From positions 12,772,001 to 12,836,000 of the forward strand of contig OX597819.1 of the NCBI GenBank assembly GCA_951406725.2: a stretch of 64,000 bases of DNA, read 5' to 3'. The DNA is from Octopus vulgaris. Taxonomy: Eukaryota. Position 1 is the first letter of the stretch. Each line of letters starts with the position of its first letter. A program made the position numbers and the translations under genes. Shown one piece after another: positions 12,625 through 26,845 of this stretch. A model generated the notes under the pieces. The model was given only the letters and a program-made list of their open reading frames with translations. It was not told where the DNA came from and searched no databases.

Positions 12625-14461
12625 TTGACATTGCATGAGATTTGTTAATGCGTATCGGTCATAGAAGCAGTGTCATTCATTCCTGGTATTCTGTGTGGCT
12701 ATGTCTGACTGTGGGGAAATATTCCCTTGCTTGGAAACAGGTGAGGGTTGGTGACAGGGAGGGCATCCACTTGTAGAAAATCTGCTTCATTAAACTCCTA
12801 AACACAGTCTGGTCATGCTAGCATGGAAACGACAACAATATATACATATAAAATCATTATCATTTAACAACCAATTCTACATTTTTGCATGGGTCATCGT
12901 GGAATTCATCGTGGCAAATTTTTTTTATGGCCTTTCTTGTTGCTATTGCTGACTTGTTTCCAAATAAGGTAATATTTCCCCATAGCCAGACATTTTTTTT
13001 CAGAAAACTGGTAATGAATGGTACTGCTTGCATGACAGTGACACTCATTTACAACCACTATGTGATGTCAAGTCAAGGAGATAAAAACACACAAAACAGG
13101 CTTCTTTCAGTTTCTGTCTTCCAAATCCACTCATAAGGTGTTCATTAATCTGTGGCTCTAGTAGAAGACACTTGCTCAAGGTACTACCTAGTGGGATCGA
13201 ACCTGAGACTACATGGTTGGAAGCAAACTTCTTAGTCATACATCTGTGCTTGCACTTACATCTTGTGTTTAATGTTAATGTCTCTTTTCCAAGTTCCCTT
13301 ACTACATTTCCTTTTCTGTCTCTTCTAGTAAAGAATTCAACCTCAATTTGGTAAACCATCAAAGTAAACATTAATTACTACTTAATTAGTTCAGCACATC
13401 GTTATTGTTTGTTCTCATTTGCTCTAATGTAAGGTGAATAAGGTCAAAGACGGAGAACTAGGCGTTAGTGTAAGCCTAAAGATGGTAAGCCATCAAATTG
13501 AAAACCGTTCAATAGTCTAACTAGGCTAATTACTAATTTCTTCCAATCAGTCTGTGTCACCCTACCTCAAACACTTATACAAATTTCTGCTACTAAAACA
13601 TTAGTAACAAACCCTCAGTAATGAATGAATTAATGTACATAAATTAATCAACTAAAATATGTCGAATGAAATGACCAAGTAATTAGCCATCACATGAAGT
13701 TTCCAGTGTGTGTTGTTAGCATCATCTTTGTACATTAGAAGACTTGAAATGTTGTACAATTGTCACTTTTAAAATTTCACACATGGAAATTTAATAAAAA
13801 TTATTTAAAATATTTTAAATACTATTTTCTTCATTCAGTTAGAATTGTTTTCATATTTAACAATTGCTCAACAATGTTTAATAAAGATCTCATCCTTTAT
13901 GAATGACCAATTCTGTAAAGATTGTAATATAGGCCGTTGAAGTTACTCCACCCCCTACCCCAATATATTACTGTTAATTAGTGTAGTGATTCCAAGGTGG
14001 TGAAATGTAATCTTAACCTTAAGATTTGAACTCAGAACAATAAGGTAACCAACTAGTTATGTTACTTTCTTACCTGTTGCTTCAACCACTTGTGTTTTCA
14101 CTAATGTAATATTAATTCACTTGTTCGAGACATCTTAGAAACTTTTTTCTTATAGAAAACTCAAATTCTGTTTAACATTTTGACATTGGGACTGGAAGGA
14201 GAACCATTCATTAAATATTTGTATTTCATGAAGATACTCAATGGAATGGTTAAATCAGACAACCTTCTTAAAAAAACATTCTCTGGGATATTAAAATATC
14301 TAAATCTTACATTGATGTGAACCCTAATAATTTTGAGTTTATAGACTATTTAAATATCACAAGTTTTAAGCATAGCTACCTTGTGCTATGGGCAAGACAA
14401 TTGATTAATATTTAACAATATAGAAGTATCTTACTAATTAAATATTTAATTAGAAACTGGT

Positions 14462-15146
14462 TTCTTTATTTCATTATTTCTGGTGTTGGACTGGTAGAAG
14501 CAGTAGAGTGTCAGACAAAATGCTTATATTTGTGTCTGAATCATTTTTACATTCTAAGTTCAAATCATGCCAGAGTTGACTTTACCTTTCATCGTCCAGG
14601 GTTGATAAAATAAGTACTGGTGAAGGAGAGGGGTTACTTTTATAATTCTTCCTTACAATTCAAGGTCTTATCCATCCAGTTACATGAGAAACCAATATTT
14701 CTATGGCTCTGTACACCTGCACATGCAATGGATTTGTAGAATTATTTTTACTACTTTTCAAGGTTTCTCTGATCTATAATCATGAAGTGAAATATTTACA
14801 AAGATAAATTACCAAATCAAAATTAATTTTCTGTCATATCCTAGTTGTGTGGCTTCTATCTTAGGATTGTTTAACTAAGGCCTGCTAGAAGCAAATTCTA
14901 GGGTTTTATACTATTATACTATTATAAAAATTTGCTTAAAGATAGAATACATACGTAACTGCTATAGACCTTTGAACAATCTTTATTTCATTATTTCTGG
15001 TGTTGGACTGGTAGAAGCGGTAGAGTGTCAGACAAAATGCTTATATTTGTCTCTGAATCCTTTTTACATTCTAAGTTCAAATCATGCCAGAGTTGACTTT
15101 ACCTTTCATCGTCCAGGGTTGATAAAATAAGTACCGGTGAAGGAGA
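14462..15146 (+). repeat. Local direct duplication (~165 bp, two copies) of an old SINE fragment with its flank
   Basis: 14462-14628 and 14981-15146 are nearly identical (TCTTTATTTCATTATTTCTGGTGTTGGACTGG...GGTGAAGGAGA). Confidence 0.8.
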
Positions 15147-16575
15147 TCATTAATTATTTTATGATTACAACTGATTTTTTAAAATAATTTACTAAGATTT
15201 TCAATAAGAAATATTAGATTTTATAAATCATGAATTTGAGACTGAAAACACCAACAGGCCCACGGATGAGACTCAAATAACATCTGTTTATTGCTAAGTG
15301 AGTGTATTATTGATTTCAATATAGAGATGCTCTTACAATTTCGTCTTTCTCAAATGAGCTGTTTAACCCTTTTGTTAGCAAACTTCTGCTGAAATACATT
15401 ATAAATTAACATGTTTTGATGGTAGGTTTTTTTTTTATTATTTAGATTACTTTAAAAACAGAAGTTTTTGTCATAGGATCAAAGGCAGGTTGGTACACAA
15501 AGTAAAAAAAAAAAAAAAAAAAAAAAATGTAATTTTTTTTCCTATTATTTCTATGTCCCAAAGATAATTGAACAGTTATTTACTTAGCCTAGCAAACTGA
15601 GATATAATGAAATGTAAAATTCTTGTAGGTTTATGTTCAACATAGAAAGTGTTCCATGAATCAAATTATGAACTGAATTGACCAATAATAAAATTATTTA
15701 TTCAAATCCTAGAGATGCAGTTTGATTCCCACCAGTAGACCTGTAGCCTTTTTTTCTTCTTTGTCTCAAATTGGTGCTTAAAATAGTTTTTTTTTTTTTT
15801 TTTTATATATTTTTAAAGATCTTCTCCATCCTTCCTTCCACACTTCTGTTGTTTCAACGTTATTTACAAGTGGTTGATTTTCACCATAAACTAATCTTAG
15901 AATAACTGATTGCCTTCAGGAATGTAATGTTAGTTCTTCTGTCTCACTGACAACATGAGAAAATTATTGCTTATTGTTTTAAGGCATCGTTATCAAGACC
16001 TGACAATTGTTGACATGTTACAGAATGTGAAATATCTTAAGGCCTACATTTTGTGACTAAATAAAAAAAAAAAAAAAACGCTTGAAAAAATTGAAAAACA
16101 AACTTTCTCATTTGAGATTTTGATTTCTTATTAATATCAAATGAATTTTTTTTTTTTTCTGTTTCGTTTTGTCTTTTATTTTATATTCAGCAATATAACT
16201 ACAGTCGTTTGGTTATAAAAAAAAACTTTATAACGATAACCAATGTTCGGATTTGTAAAAATCATAGCAAATGAGAAAAATGGATATGAAAATAATTCAA
16301 ACAGTATAAAATAAATTCTTAATCTTGGTCTTATAACCAGATCAGAACGACGGATTATATCAAAGCGGGTGATCACTTCTACGAGTGTGACAGTAATTTG
16401 CTCTTGTGAATCTGTTTTGACTTCAACGAAAATTACTGACCTCTTTTTCTTGGATGAAAACAAATCACAAAAGCAAATTTAAATAAAAAGTTTCTAAAAA
16501 ATTTTTGTATAATTTCGGATCACACTTTAAATTACTTTCAAAAAGATTCTGCACTGTAACTTGGAATTTCCAAGA

Positions 16576-16626
16576 TTAAACAATATGTTTGGAATCAGCT
16601 CTCTGAGACCATTCATGCCAAGAACC
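16576..16626 (-). CDS. Rhodanese-family sulfurtransferase (TST/MPST-like) copy A, coding exon 7 (last)
   Basis: tttcag|GGT TCT TGG CAT GAA TGG...; GSWHEWSQRADSKHIV*, the rhodanese C-terminal signature. Confidence 0.9.
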   Translation of the reverse strand, partial: GSWHEWSQRADSKHIV

Positions 16627-18002
16627 CTGAAATTAGGAACAACAAAATGGTTTGAGGGTTAATTCAGAACTGGACAGACATCTTTTATGTAAATACAGGT
16701 CAACAGGAAGATCAAATTACTTTCTAGGAAATAGAGAAAAAAATCAGTTGAGTGATGAGATACTGGGATGAAGCAATTTGTTTGAATGTAATTTAAGAAT
16801 CCCTATTTTTTTGCTGTCTCCTTCATGCTTCCATGGGTCAGACAGAATTTGTTGAAGCAGATATTTTTCTATGTCTGGATGCTCTTCCTGTTGCCAACCC
16901 TCTATTTCCAGGAACGGTAATATTTCCATTTCATAGATTGGAAATGAATGCCATTTGTTTATAATAATCGTGTAATGCTTAGACAAAGGACCCCTGCAAA
17001 CACTCAAACATATGTGCAATGGTAATTTGGTGCTAACACCCTTCAGCCTCATTTCCTGGTAAGAATTTTGTATCTGAAAAGTGTTTGCCAGAAAGGTAGG
17101 TAATGAGGTGGTTGGCTGGTTTCTTAAAAAGTGTGTTGCAAATTGTTAGATCAACTGCATCATAAAACTCCAAGGCCTTACACCTGCCTAATTTCTCATA
17201 CTGTATCTATAGACTCCATGTGTTTAACACCATGTCCATAGAAGCCATTAGCTACAAGATCATAGTCACTGATTGTTGAGGTAGTCTGCAGAAGACTCTC
17301 ATAAAAGTGACCCTTCTGGTGCTACCTATAATTAGACTTAATTATCCTGTCACTCACTCCTACAACTTCCATATGTCTTATCTATCCATCTCTCAGCAAA
17401 CAGGATACCTCTGCCATCACTATTGCTCACCCAAGAGAGTTTGAACTGCTATCTTCTACCCTGAGGAATTTGGAGAGAACAATAAAAATGGTTTATATTT
17501 TACTCCCCTCCTCAATGTCAACTCTCTGCCCCACTTTATCCACTTTCTTGTTCCTTGAGTAAAACCTTATGCCTCATCTCCACCTGTTCCTCTTTCCTGC
17601 TTTAACCCCTCAATATCTGACACAATGTCCCCTGTTAAAGGATCTTGTCTTGTGAGTTATTGACCTCACAAGTGCTGGTGTCAAAAAAAAAGCAGTCAGT
17701 ACACACTGTAAAGTAGCTAGTGTTAGGAAGGGCATCCAGCCATAGATACCATGTCAAAGCAGAGACTGAAGACCAACAGAGCCGTCAGTTTACTTGGATC
17801 CTGTTGAAGTGTCCAACCCATTGTTTGTATGGAATACGGATGTTAAATGACGATGGAACAGGCAAAACTTTTGGTAGAGAGCAACAGTCAAATGACTTGA
17901 AACCAGTAAAAGAGTAGCCAATTCGTTTGTCCTGCTGAGTCAAAAGAACTTAATAAAATCCATTTGTAAAGAGACAGAAAGAAGCACAACTGAAGAACTT
18001 AC

Positions 18003-18127
18003 CATATAGACGGTGATTTCTTCTTTACCAAGAATTTCGGCGGCAGCAGCGACACCACAAGCAGTTACTGCCTTATTACACGTACAAATTAAAGGCTTTC
18101 CTAGAGAGATTCCGGAAGCTGTAAACA
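18003..18127 (-). CDS. Sulfurtransferase copy A, coding exon 6 (catalytic Cys)
   Basis: (L)FTASGISLGKPLICTCNKAVTACGVAAAAEILGKEEITVYM, aligning to TST PLIATCRKGVTAC; AG/GT bounded. Confidence 0.92.
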
Positions 18128-19869
18128 CTGAAATGAAAAAAAAAAAAAATAGTTTTTGAACAGAACAACAGTGTTTTCACAAGACCTTGTGAGTGGATTT
18201 GGTAGACGGAAACTGAAAGAAGCCCATCGTATATATGTGTGTGTGTGTGTATCTGTGTTTGTCCCCCCACCATTGCTTGACAACCGATGCTGATGTGTTT
18301 ACGTCCCCATAACTTAGCGGTTTGGTGAAAGAAACCGATAAAATAAGTACTAGGCTTACAAAGAATAAGTCCCGGGGTCGATTTGCTCGACTAAAGGTGG
18401 TGCTCCAGCATGGCTGCAGTCAAATGACTGAAACAAGTAAAAGAGTAAAGAGTATACAAATATGTCAAATTCTCAATGTTTTCTAGCCAATGTTTACAGC
18501 ATTTGTAATATACATTGCCAAAATATGTACACACACACACAATGAAAAAGTTAGGTTTCACACAAATAAATTTATATTTATAAAAAAAAAAAAAAAAAAT
18601 ATAGAAACTTCCTGAAATGACCACCACAGAAGGTGAATTTAATTTGTTTCAATTTATTTTTCTTTTATTCAGCAACTGAATTCAGCAGCATATTTTGATA
18701 GTGGCTGTGTGGTAAGAAGCTTCCTTCCCAGCCACATGGTTCTGGGTTCAGTCCCTCTGTGTGGCACCTTGGGCAAGTGTCTTCTACTATAGCCCCGGGC
18801 CGACCAAAGCCTTGTGAGTGGATTTGGTAGATGGAAACTGAAAGAAGCCCTTCGTGTATATATGGCGCAGCCTCCTGGCTTCCCAGACCCCGGTCGAACC
18901 GTCCAACCCATGCTAGCATGGAAAACGGACGATAAACGATGATGATGATATATATGCACAGGAGTGGCTGTGTGGTAAGAAGCTTGCTTCTCAACTACAT
19001 GGTTCCAGGTTCAGTCCCACTGTTTGGCACCTTGGGCAAGTGTCTTCTACTATAGCCTCTGGGCGACCAAAGCCTTCTGAGTGGATTTGGTAGATGGAAA
19101 CTGAAAGAAGCCCATCATATATATACATATATATATACGCACACACACACATATATATGCATGTATGTATTTGTGCGTCTGTGTTTGTCCCCACCATTGC
19201 TTGACAACCCAAGTTGGTGTGTTTACATCCCTGTAACTTAGTGGTAATAGAGTCAGTACTAGGCTTACAAAGAATAATTCTTGGGGTTGATTTGTTTGAC
19301 TAAAGGTGGTACTCCAGCATGGCCACAGTCAAATGACTGAAACAAGTAAATTAATATAAGAATTCTTGAATCATTTTCATTTAGTTTTATTAATATATAC
19401 ACAAACACATGCACACACACACACACGTTTCTATTTACCAGATTTTGCACTTAAAGTATTGAACAAAGTCAGAATTATGGTAAAAATTATTTTCTCCGGT
19501 TGCTATGCAACAAGATGGAACTCAGAACCACAAGTTTGTGAAGTAAGTTCCATAACAAGACACTCATGCCTGGAGATTGTTTAAAAGCTGTTACTTAACT
19601 CTAGTCCCATGGTGGATCAGAGACAAATATATCCTTAAATAGATTATTAGTTTACCATTAAATAAAAAATTTTTTAGATGAAATGTTAAAGAGTTGATCC
19701 AAGTTCTTTGGATTGATACAGATTTCAAGAAAATTCTGTTTCCATATATAGGTTTTGTTGTTGTTGTTGTTGTTGTTTTACTTGAGTGGGACAAAAAAAA
19801 AAAAAAAGAGATTATTCAATAAAACTATCTGAAAATGTTAATACATTCTCATTAAAGTATGTAACTCAC

Positions 19870-19956
19870 GTTCTTTTAGTTCAGCCTTTGACTTCATGGT
19901 ACCATCTGGTTTGAATAGTTTTGAATATGGTAAATTCTTGGAGTGAGGAATGTGAC
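19870..19956 (-). CDS. Sulfurtransferase copy A, coding exon 5
   Basis: ttag|...|gtgagt; GHIPHSKNLPYSKLFKPDGTMKSKAELKE (GHIP motif of domain 2). Confidence 0.9.
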
Positions 19957-20768
19957 CTAACAAATAAAACAAATATAAATTAATAGTTCAAGGGGCAAAA
20001 CTATTCCATTTGCAATTTACAGTAAATCATACATTATTATTAATTATTATTAATTAATTTTTGGCTCCCATGCTGGAGCAGGTTGGATGGTTTGACAGGA
20101 TCTGACAAAGTGAAAGGCAGCATCATATGCCTATGTCTACCATAGCTTAGTCTCTATGCGAACCAGTTTACAGAGTGTAGTGGGTGGTTTTTGCATGGTA
20201 CTAACACTAGAGAAGATTGGTTCATAACTTGCAAGGCTAAGGGACTAAACTGGCACCTGTAACCAAGGAATAATAGAAAAGATGAGAAAGACAGAGAGAG
20301 AAAGAGAGTGTGGATAATGATTTTAGGTGGAAGATAAAGGAGAGAAAGTAAGGTGAGAGAAGGGGAGTTGTGGTTGTGATAATGTGGTGGAGGAGAGAAC
20401 CACAGAGGATAAGAATATACACTGATTGGAGGGGAGAACTTAGGATCAGGGCTTATTGAGAAAAGGGAGGGAGAGATTACTTATTTTTCTGTCCGCCGAG
20501 AACCACTTGTCAACCTTTTAACCATTCCTTACCTCTGTCTTTTATTCTCCCAAATACCATTCCATACAGAGAAATGAACATTAAAAGAGTGTTAAAGAGG
20601 AAACGATGCCCAAGTGCATCAGGGGTAGCGCTTGTGAATTTCAAGAAGCAGGGAATCTTTGAAGGATGCAGTGTCATGACAACTAACAACTGATGCACAA
20701 GTACATTCAGGGGTAACAGTTACGTTAGCAATCCTTAAAAAAAAAAAAACAATGTTCTAGAGACATAC

Positions 20769-20910
20769 CAAGTTTATCTTCAGGATCTCCATGGAAATCT
20801 TCAGAACTACGACAGTCGACAACTTTTTCAGTTTGGGTTTCCAGATTTTTTACCACTTCTTCAAAGGACTTAAAACGTTTTGGCTCAAGATGAATCTCAA
20901 AGTTGCATTT
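20769..20910 (-). CDS. Sulfurtransferase copy A, coding exon 4
   Basis: ctag|...|gtatgt; KCNFEIHLEPKRFKSFEEVVKNLETQTEKVVDCRSSEDFHGDPEDKL. Confidence 0.9.
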
Positions 20911-21224
20911 CTAGAAAATTCAAAGAGGATGAGGAATTTATTTGTAAATCTCAGGAAAAAGTACCAATCATTAAATGGAACAAGAAAATTCTTTTTTTCT
21001 TCTATTTGTTTCAGTCATTTGACTGTGGCCATGCTGGAGCACTGCCTTTAGTCGAGCAAATCAATCCCAGGACTTATTATTTGTAAACCTTGTACTCATC
21101 CTATCGGTCTCTTTTGCTGAAGTGCTAAGTTATGGGGACGTAAACACACCAGCATCAGTTGTCAAGCAATGTTGGGGAGCAAACACTGACACACAAACAT
21201 AAAACACATGCTTATATATATATA

Positions 21225-22420
21225 TCATCATCATCATCATCGTTTAATGCCTGTTTTCCATGCTGGCATTGGTCGTATGGTTTTACTGGGGACTGGCAAC
21301 CTGATCTGGCAAGGTTTCTGCAGCTGGATGCTCTTCCTAATGCCAACCGCTCTGAGAGTGTAGTGGGTGATTTTAACGTGCCACCAGCATGGGAGCCAGT
21401 TAGGTGGTACTGGCAACGACCCATGCATGAATGGTGCTTATTGCATGCCACCAGCACAAGAGCCAGCCAGGTGGCACTGGCATCAGCCACAACTATAATT
21501 TCCATTTGATTGTGATTTTAATTTTACTTGACTCAATAGGTCTCCTCAAGCATGGAATATCGCCTGATGATTCAAAGGTACTTTTTAAATGGGCTGGTTA
21601 TGCAACACTGGTGTAGGCTATGGCTATGATCTCACATTTTTTGCCGGGGCTTCTCAATTACAACATATTTAGGAAGGGCATCCAGCTGTAGAAACCCTTC
21701 CAGATCAGATTGGAGCCTAGTGCAACCTACTGACTTGACAGTCCTCAGTCAAACTGTCCAACCCATGCCAGCACGGAAAGCGGACGTTAAACGATGAAGC
21801 GTAACTAGATAAAGGTCCTGGTCTTTCGACATTGCATCTGTGAGGCTCAACATTCAAAGGTCATGCTTCACCACCTCATCCCAGGTCTTCCTGGGTCTAC
21901 CTCTTCCACAGGTTCCTTCCACTGTTAGGAAGTCGCACTTCCTTACACAGCTATCCTCATCCATATGTAGCACATGACCATACCAGCACAGTCAGCTCTC
22001 TTGCACACCACATCTGATGCTTCTTATGTCCAACATTTCTCTCAGGGCGCTTACACTCTGTCATGTGTGTACACTGACATTACACATCCAGCGGATCATA
22101 CTAGCCTCATTTCTTTTGAGCCTAAGCATGTTTTCAACAGTCACAGCCCATGTTTCACTGCCATGTAGCAAGGCAGTTCGCACACATGCATCATACAACT
22201 TACATTTCACTCTAAGTGAGAGGCCCTCTGTCACCAATAGAGGTAGAAGCTTTCTGAACTTTGCCCAAGCTATTTTTATTCTAGTGGCAATAATCACCGA
22301 GCATCCACCCCCACTACAGACTCAGTCACCTAGGTAGCAAAGATATCAATTACTTCTAGTTTCTCCCCCTGGCATGTGATGGAATCAGTTTTCTGAGCAT
22401 CCGTGGTGTTTATTGCCCAT
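21225..22420 (-). mobile_element. 5'-truncated RTE LINE (older copy, shared with the paralog at 62040-63100)
   Basis: RIKIAWAKFRKLLPLL...YDACVRTALLHGSETWAVT; 3' UTR hairpin repeats and (GAT)n tail. Confidence 0.85.
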
Positions 22421-23978
22421 ATGACAGGCTTCTTTCAGTTTCCGTCTACCAAATCCACTCACAAGGCTTTGATCAGCCTGAGGCTATAGTAGAAAACACT
22501 TGCCCAAGGTGCCATGCACCGGGACTGAACCGGGAACTATGTTGTTGGTAAGCAAGCTACTTACCACACAGCCAAATATTTTTAGTTAATGAATTTTAAA
22601 AAATGGATTTTAGTTTGTTTTTTGTAAATTCTGTGATCACCAGGTGGCTACTGTAAATATATTCCAGATTTTGAGGCCACAGAAATATTTTTCATTTAAC
22701 AAATGTTCTTTTGAGAATATTTGAGTCAATTTACTTCTTTTTTAGGAAGAGCAAAGAGTGATTTGAAGGTGATTTGGCTGCTATTTCAACCAGGTTAAGC
22801 AGGTGTAGAGAAATTGCTTTATTGGCTTCATATGTTATTCCTTGTTCCAAGAAACATCTCACAGACGCTCTGGGATGCATTATCAGTAATGTTTCTGGGG
22901 TCTGGGACGGGGACGGGGTTAGTGTCTTAATGCCACACTCCACCCACCCCTCACCCATCTGACCCAGTTGGGATTGATCAAATCCTAGCTTACATCTCAA
23001 TAACAGCAAAACATTGGTCTGCTCTTTATCTCAAGTCACCTAGTGGCCTCTTCTGCAGCTTCGGCGTCAGAATTTCTGGCCCTTGTCTTTGCTGCATTAA
23101 TAACTCAGAGACTTGCCAAACGAATGCCCCGTAAAACCTTGGCCGCCCACTTCACTTGCCTCATAGTGTGTCTCCTGCCAGCCTTGGTTTCTACACTGTT
23201 CCCCCAGCCCCTGGTATATGATCACCTGTTTGGCAGAATATGAGAAGATCAACATAACAGGGCAGTGACATTGGTACAGTGTGTTCTAGGAAGTTGAACA
23301 AAATCTGCTCTCAGCTACCCAGGACATGATGGTGGTTGAGGTTTCTGTGAATTGGACATCTCTTCAGCTTTGAGAAATGTGACGACCTCCTTTCATGAGG
23401 TGTGTGTGTGGTATTCATCAGACTTAATGGCTGTTGTTATTGCTTCTACAACCGTCTTGAATGCCTGATTATGGCACTAAGAGTGGCATCCGTTGGCTAC
23501 AGTTCAGAGGCAGCTGCTGAGGAGATGTCGAAGGGAGCTTCATAACAATAAACATGGTTAAATTCAAATTACAATGAAAGTAAACAAAGTTTGCTTTAGA
23601 AGTGTTGAGATGTATTCAAAGATACAGAAATAATTTTATTTTTAAATGCAGGATAATGCTAATAATATGGTATGAACAACCCATATTTTGCAGAAAAATG
23701 TGTCGAAGGTAAAATATGGGTAGTTTATACTGTTCATGCTATATTATTAGAATTATCCTGCGTTTGAGAATAAAATTATTTCCTTATCCATAGACGCAGG
23801 GGTGGCTGTGTGGTAAGCAGCTAGCTTACCAACCACATAGTCCCAGGTTCAGTCCCACTGCATGGTACCTTGGGCAAGTGTCTTCTGCCTTGTGAGTGGA
23901 TTTGGTAGACGGAAACTGAAAGAAGCCTGTCGTATATGTATATATATATATATATGTGTATATATATATATATATGTG

Positions 23979-24009
<31 letters not shown>

Positions 24010-24524
24010 ATGTATGGCGTTAGGAAGGGCATCCAGCCGTAGAAACACTACCAGATTTGACTGGGCCTGATGAAGCCTTCTGGCTTCACAGACCCCAGTA
24101 GAACCGTCCAACCCATGCTAGCATGGAAAGCGGACGCTAAACGATGATGATGATGATGTATGTGTGTGTGTATATGTTTGTGTGTCTGTCTCCCACAATT
24201 GCTTGACAAACGATGCTGGTGTGTTTACATCCTCGTAATTTAGCGGTTCAGCAAAAGAGACCAATAGAATAAGTACTAGGCTTACAAAGAATAAGCTCTG
24301 GGGTCGATTTGTTTGACTAAAGGTGGTGCTCCAGCATGGCCGCAGTCAAATGACTGAAACCAGTAAAAGAGTAAAAGAGTTCTCTTTCAATTCGCATGGT
24401 GTTATAGGAATCCTTCTGTTAATAACCCCTTGTATAAACACTGGGCTTTGGGGGTTGAGTTCCCAAAGAATGAGATTTATTTAGAAAATTCCAGAAAACA
24501 ATGCAGAAAATATCAAGTTCTTAC

Positions 24525-24620
24525 CTCGTGTGTCGTCGGTTTTGCTGTCACTTCATAGTTATCAGCAATCCACTTGGCCATTCCTCCATCTAACAGTGAT
24601 ACAGCAGAGTGACCAAGGTA
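24525..24620 (-). CDS. Sulfurtransferase copy A, coding exon 3
   Basis: ttcag|...|gtaaga; YLGHSAVSLLDGGMAKWIADNYEVTAKPTTHE (GH..VS.LDGG..KW motif). Confidence 0.92.
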
Positions 24621-26649
24621 CTGAAAAGTCAAAGAATGATATTGATTATTGGTGACTAAGCACAGAGTAAACAGTTTAGAGTTGTGGCCTTTATGCCTTT
24701 TACAACATTGTTAACCCTTTCGTTCTTTCAATTAATTTTAAATATAACAAAGAATTTAGTAAAAAACTTAGTTATCATTCAGCTAGTGTTAGGAACATAA
24801 ATTATGACTAAGGTTTGGTGGAAAATTTTAATTCAAAACTTATAAAAACAAGACATTTGTACTCAGAGCCAGAGCTGGTTTCAGCCAGGTTGGTAACGAA
24901 AGGGTTAAGAATTGTTTGTCTATTATATATTTTAACCCTTTTGTTACCATATTTCTGTTGAGATGCTCTGTGTTTCTTTTAATTAATTTTACATATAACA
25001 AAGAATTTAGTAAAAAACTTAGTTATCATTCAACTAGTGTTAGGAACATAAATTGTGACCAAGGTTTGGTGGAAGATTTTAATTTAAAACTTATGGAAAC
25101 CAGACATTTGTACTCAGAGATAGAGCCAGTTTCAGCTGGGTTGGCAACGAAAAAGTAAAAGAGGGAATAAGAGAAATGGGATGGTTTTAACTGACAAGGA
25201 AGGAAACAATTACTGATTGAACGTTTATTTCTGTTTTTTCTTTTTGAAGATTGGTATTTATGTAATATTGTGTGTGTAGATACATACACATATGTAAAAT
25301 CATTAACCTCACGCACACACACGTAATTATGCATATACTTATATTTTCAATCAAATCATGACCCCTGCTGAGTACCTTGATCGTCAGGTGATATGCTGCG
25401 CTTGAGAAGACCTACTGAGTCAAGTAAAATCACCATGGAAATCGTAGTTGTGGCCAATGCCAGTGCCACCTGACTGGGTCCCCATGCTGGTGGCATGTAA
25501 AAAGCACCATCCAAATGTGGTTGATGCCAGTGCCCCCAACTGGCTCCTGTGCCGGTGGCATGTAAAAAGCATGATCCAAATATGGTCAATGCCAGTGCTG
25601 CCATGGTTGTGGCATATAAAAAGCACCCACTACAATCTCAGAGTGGTTGGCATTAGGAAGGGCATCCAGCTGTAGAAAACTTGCCACATCAGATTGAAGC
25701 CTAGTGCAGCCTACTGGCTTGCCAGTCCTCAGTCAAACTGTCCAATCCATGCCAGCATGGAAAGCGGACGTTAAACGATGATGATGATGATACAGTGTAA
25801 CTAGATAAAGATTCAGTTGATATTTCTAGCATGTCAAACATTATTTGCTGAAACTCTTCAATCCCACACTGTAGGCCTGACCTGATTAAACAGAGTTATG
25901 AGTAGAAACATTCCAGCCATGACCATGCAGGCTTTTGAAGAATATTTCAGACAATAACAAAATTATCTAATGTGTCCTCCTTTGCTTTGAATAAAAGAAT
26001 GTGATTTGGGAGAGATTTAAGTGCTATGTCTAGTGGCTGCATGGGTTGGCTCTTAAGTGAAACTTGATCAAGTAGCGCTATGAGCAAAAAACATTCCAGC
26101 TATGACCATCCTGTTCTTTTAGGGGTTAGTAAGACCACATCATTTAAGGTGCCTTTCCTTTATTATGAAAATAGGGTACAATCTGAGAAAAATTTGGTTG
26201 CTATTTCTAGTTTGTGGAAGTGTTCTCAGTTATGGTCGCTGTATCGATGTAACATAAGAATATAAGAAAGAATCAGAAAGTTTGAAACAGGGACAGGCAT
26301 GGCTGTGTGGTAAGTAGCTTGCTTACCAACCACATGGTTCCGGGTTCAGTCCCACTGCATAGCACCTTGGGTCAGTGTCTTCTATTATAGCCTCAGGCTG
26401 ACGAAAGCCTTGTGAGTGGATTTGGTAGATGGAAACTGAAAGAAGCACGTCGTATATATGTGTGTGTGTGTGTGTGTGTCGCCCCATCATTGCTTCACAA
26501 ATAATGTTGGTGTGTTTACGTTCCTGTAACTTAGTGGTTCAGCAAAAGAGACTGATAGGATAAGTACGAGGCTCACAAAAAATAAGTCCTGGGGTCAATT
26601 TGTTCATATGACTAAAAGGAATAAAGGAATGGAATAAAGGAGTACCTAC

Positions 26650-26845
26650 CTTAAACATCCACCAGGCTCGGAATGCTGAGCTGTTATTTTGCTGATCATA
26701 AACGATAATATAATTCTTATTTGAAATTCCCAAACTTCCAATGTATTCACTTAAACAATTTGTATCTGGTAAGCTGAATGGTATATATTTAGTTGGGGTA
26801 TTGCACTGGTTCAGATCAAAGTAGATGGATCCAGGAATATGTTGC
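26650..26845 (-). CDS. Sulfurtransferase copy A, coding exon 2
   Basis: cccag|...|gtaggt; QHIPGSIYFDLNQCNTPTKYIPFSLPDTNCLSEYIGSLGISNKNYIIVYDQQNNSSAFRAWWMFK (HIPG, LGISN, VYD and RxWW motifs). Confidence 0.93.

Noticed and set aside
16744-16805. Alternative last exon for the sulfurtransferase (tag|GGATTC...)
   Set aside because: It has no pyrimidine tract and no GSWxEW motif; 16576-16626 fits the family signature.
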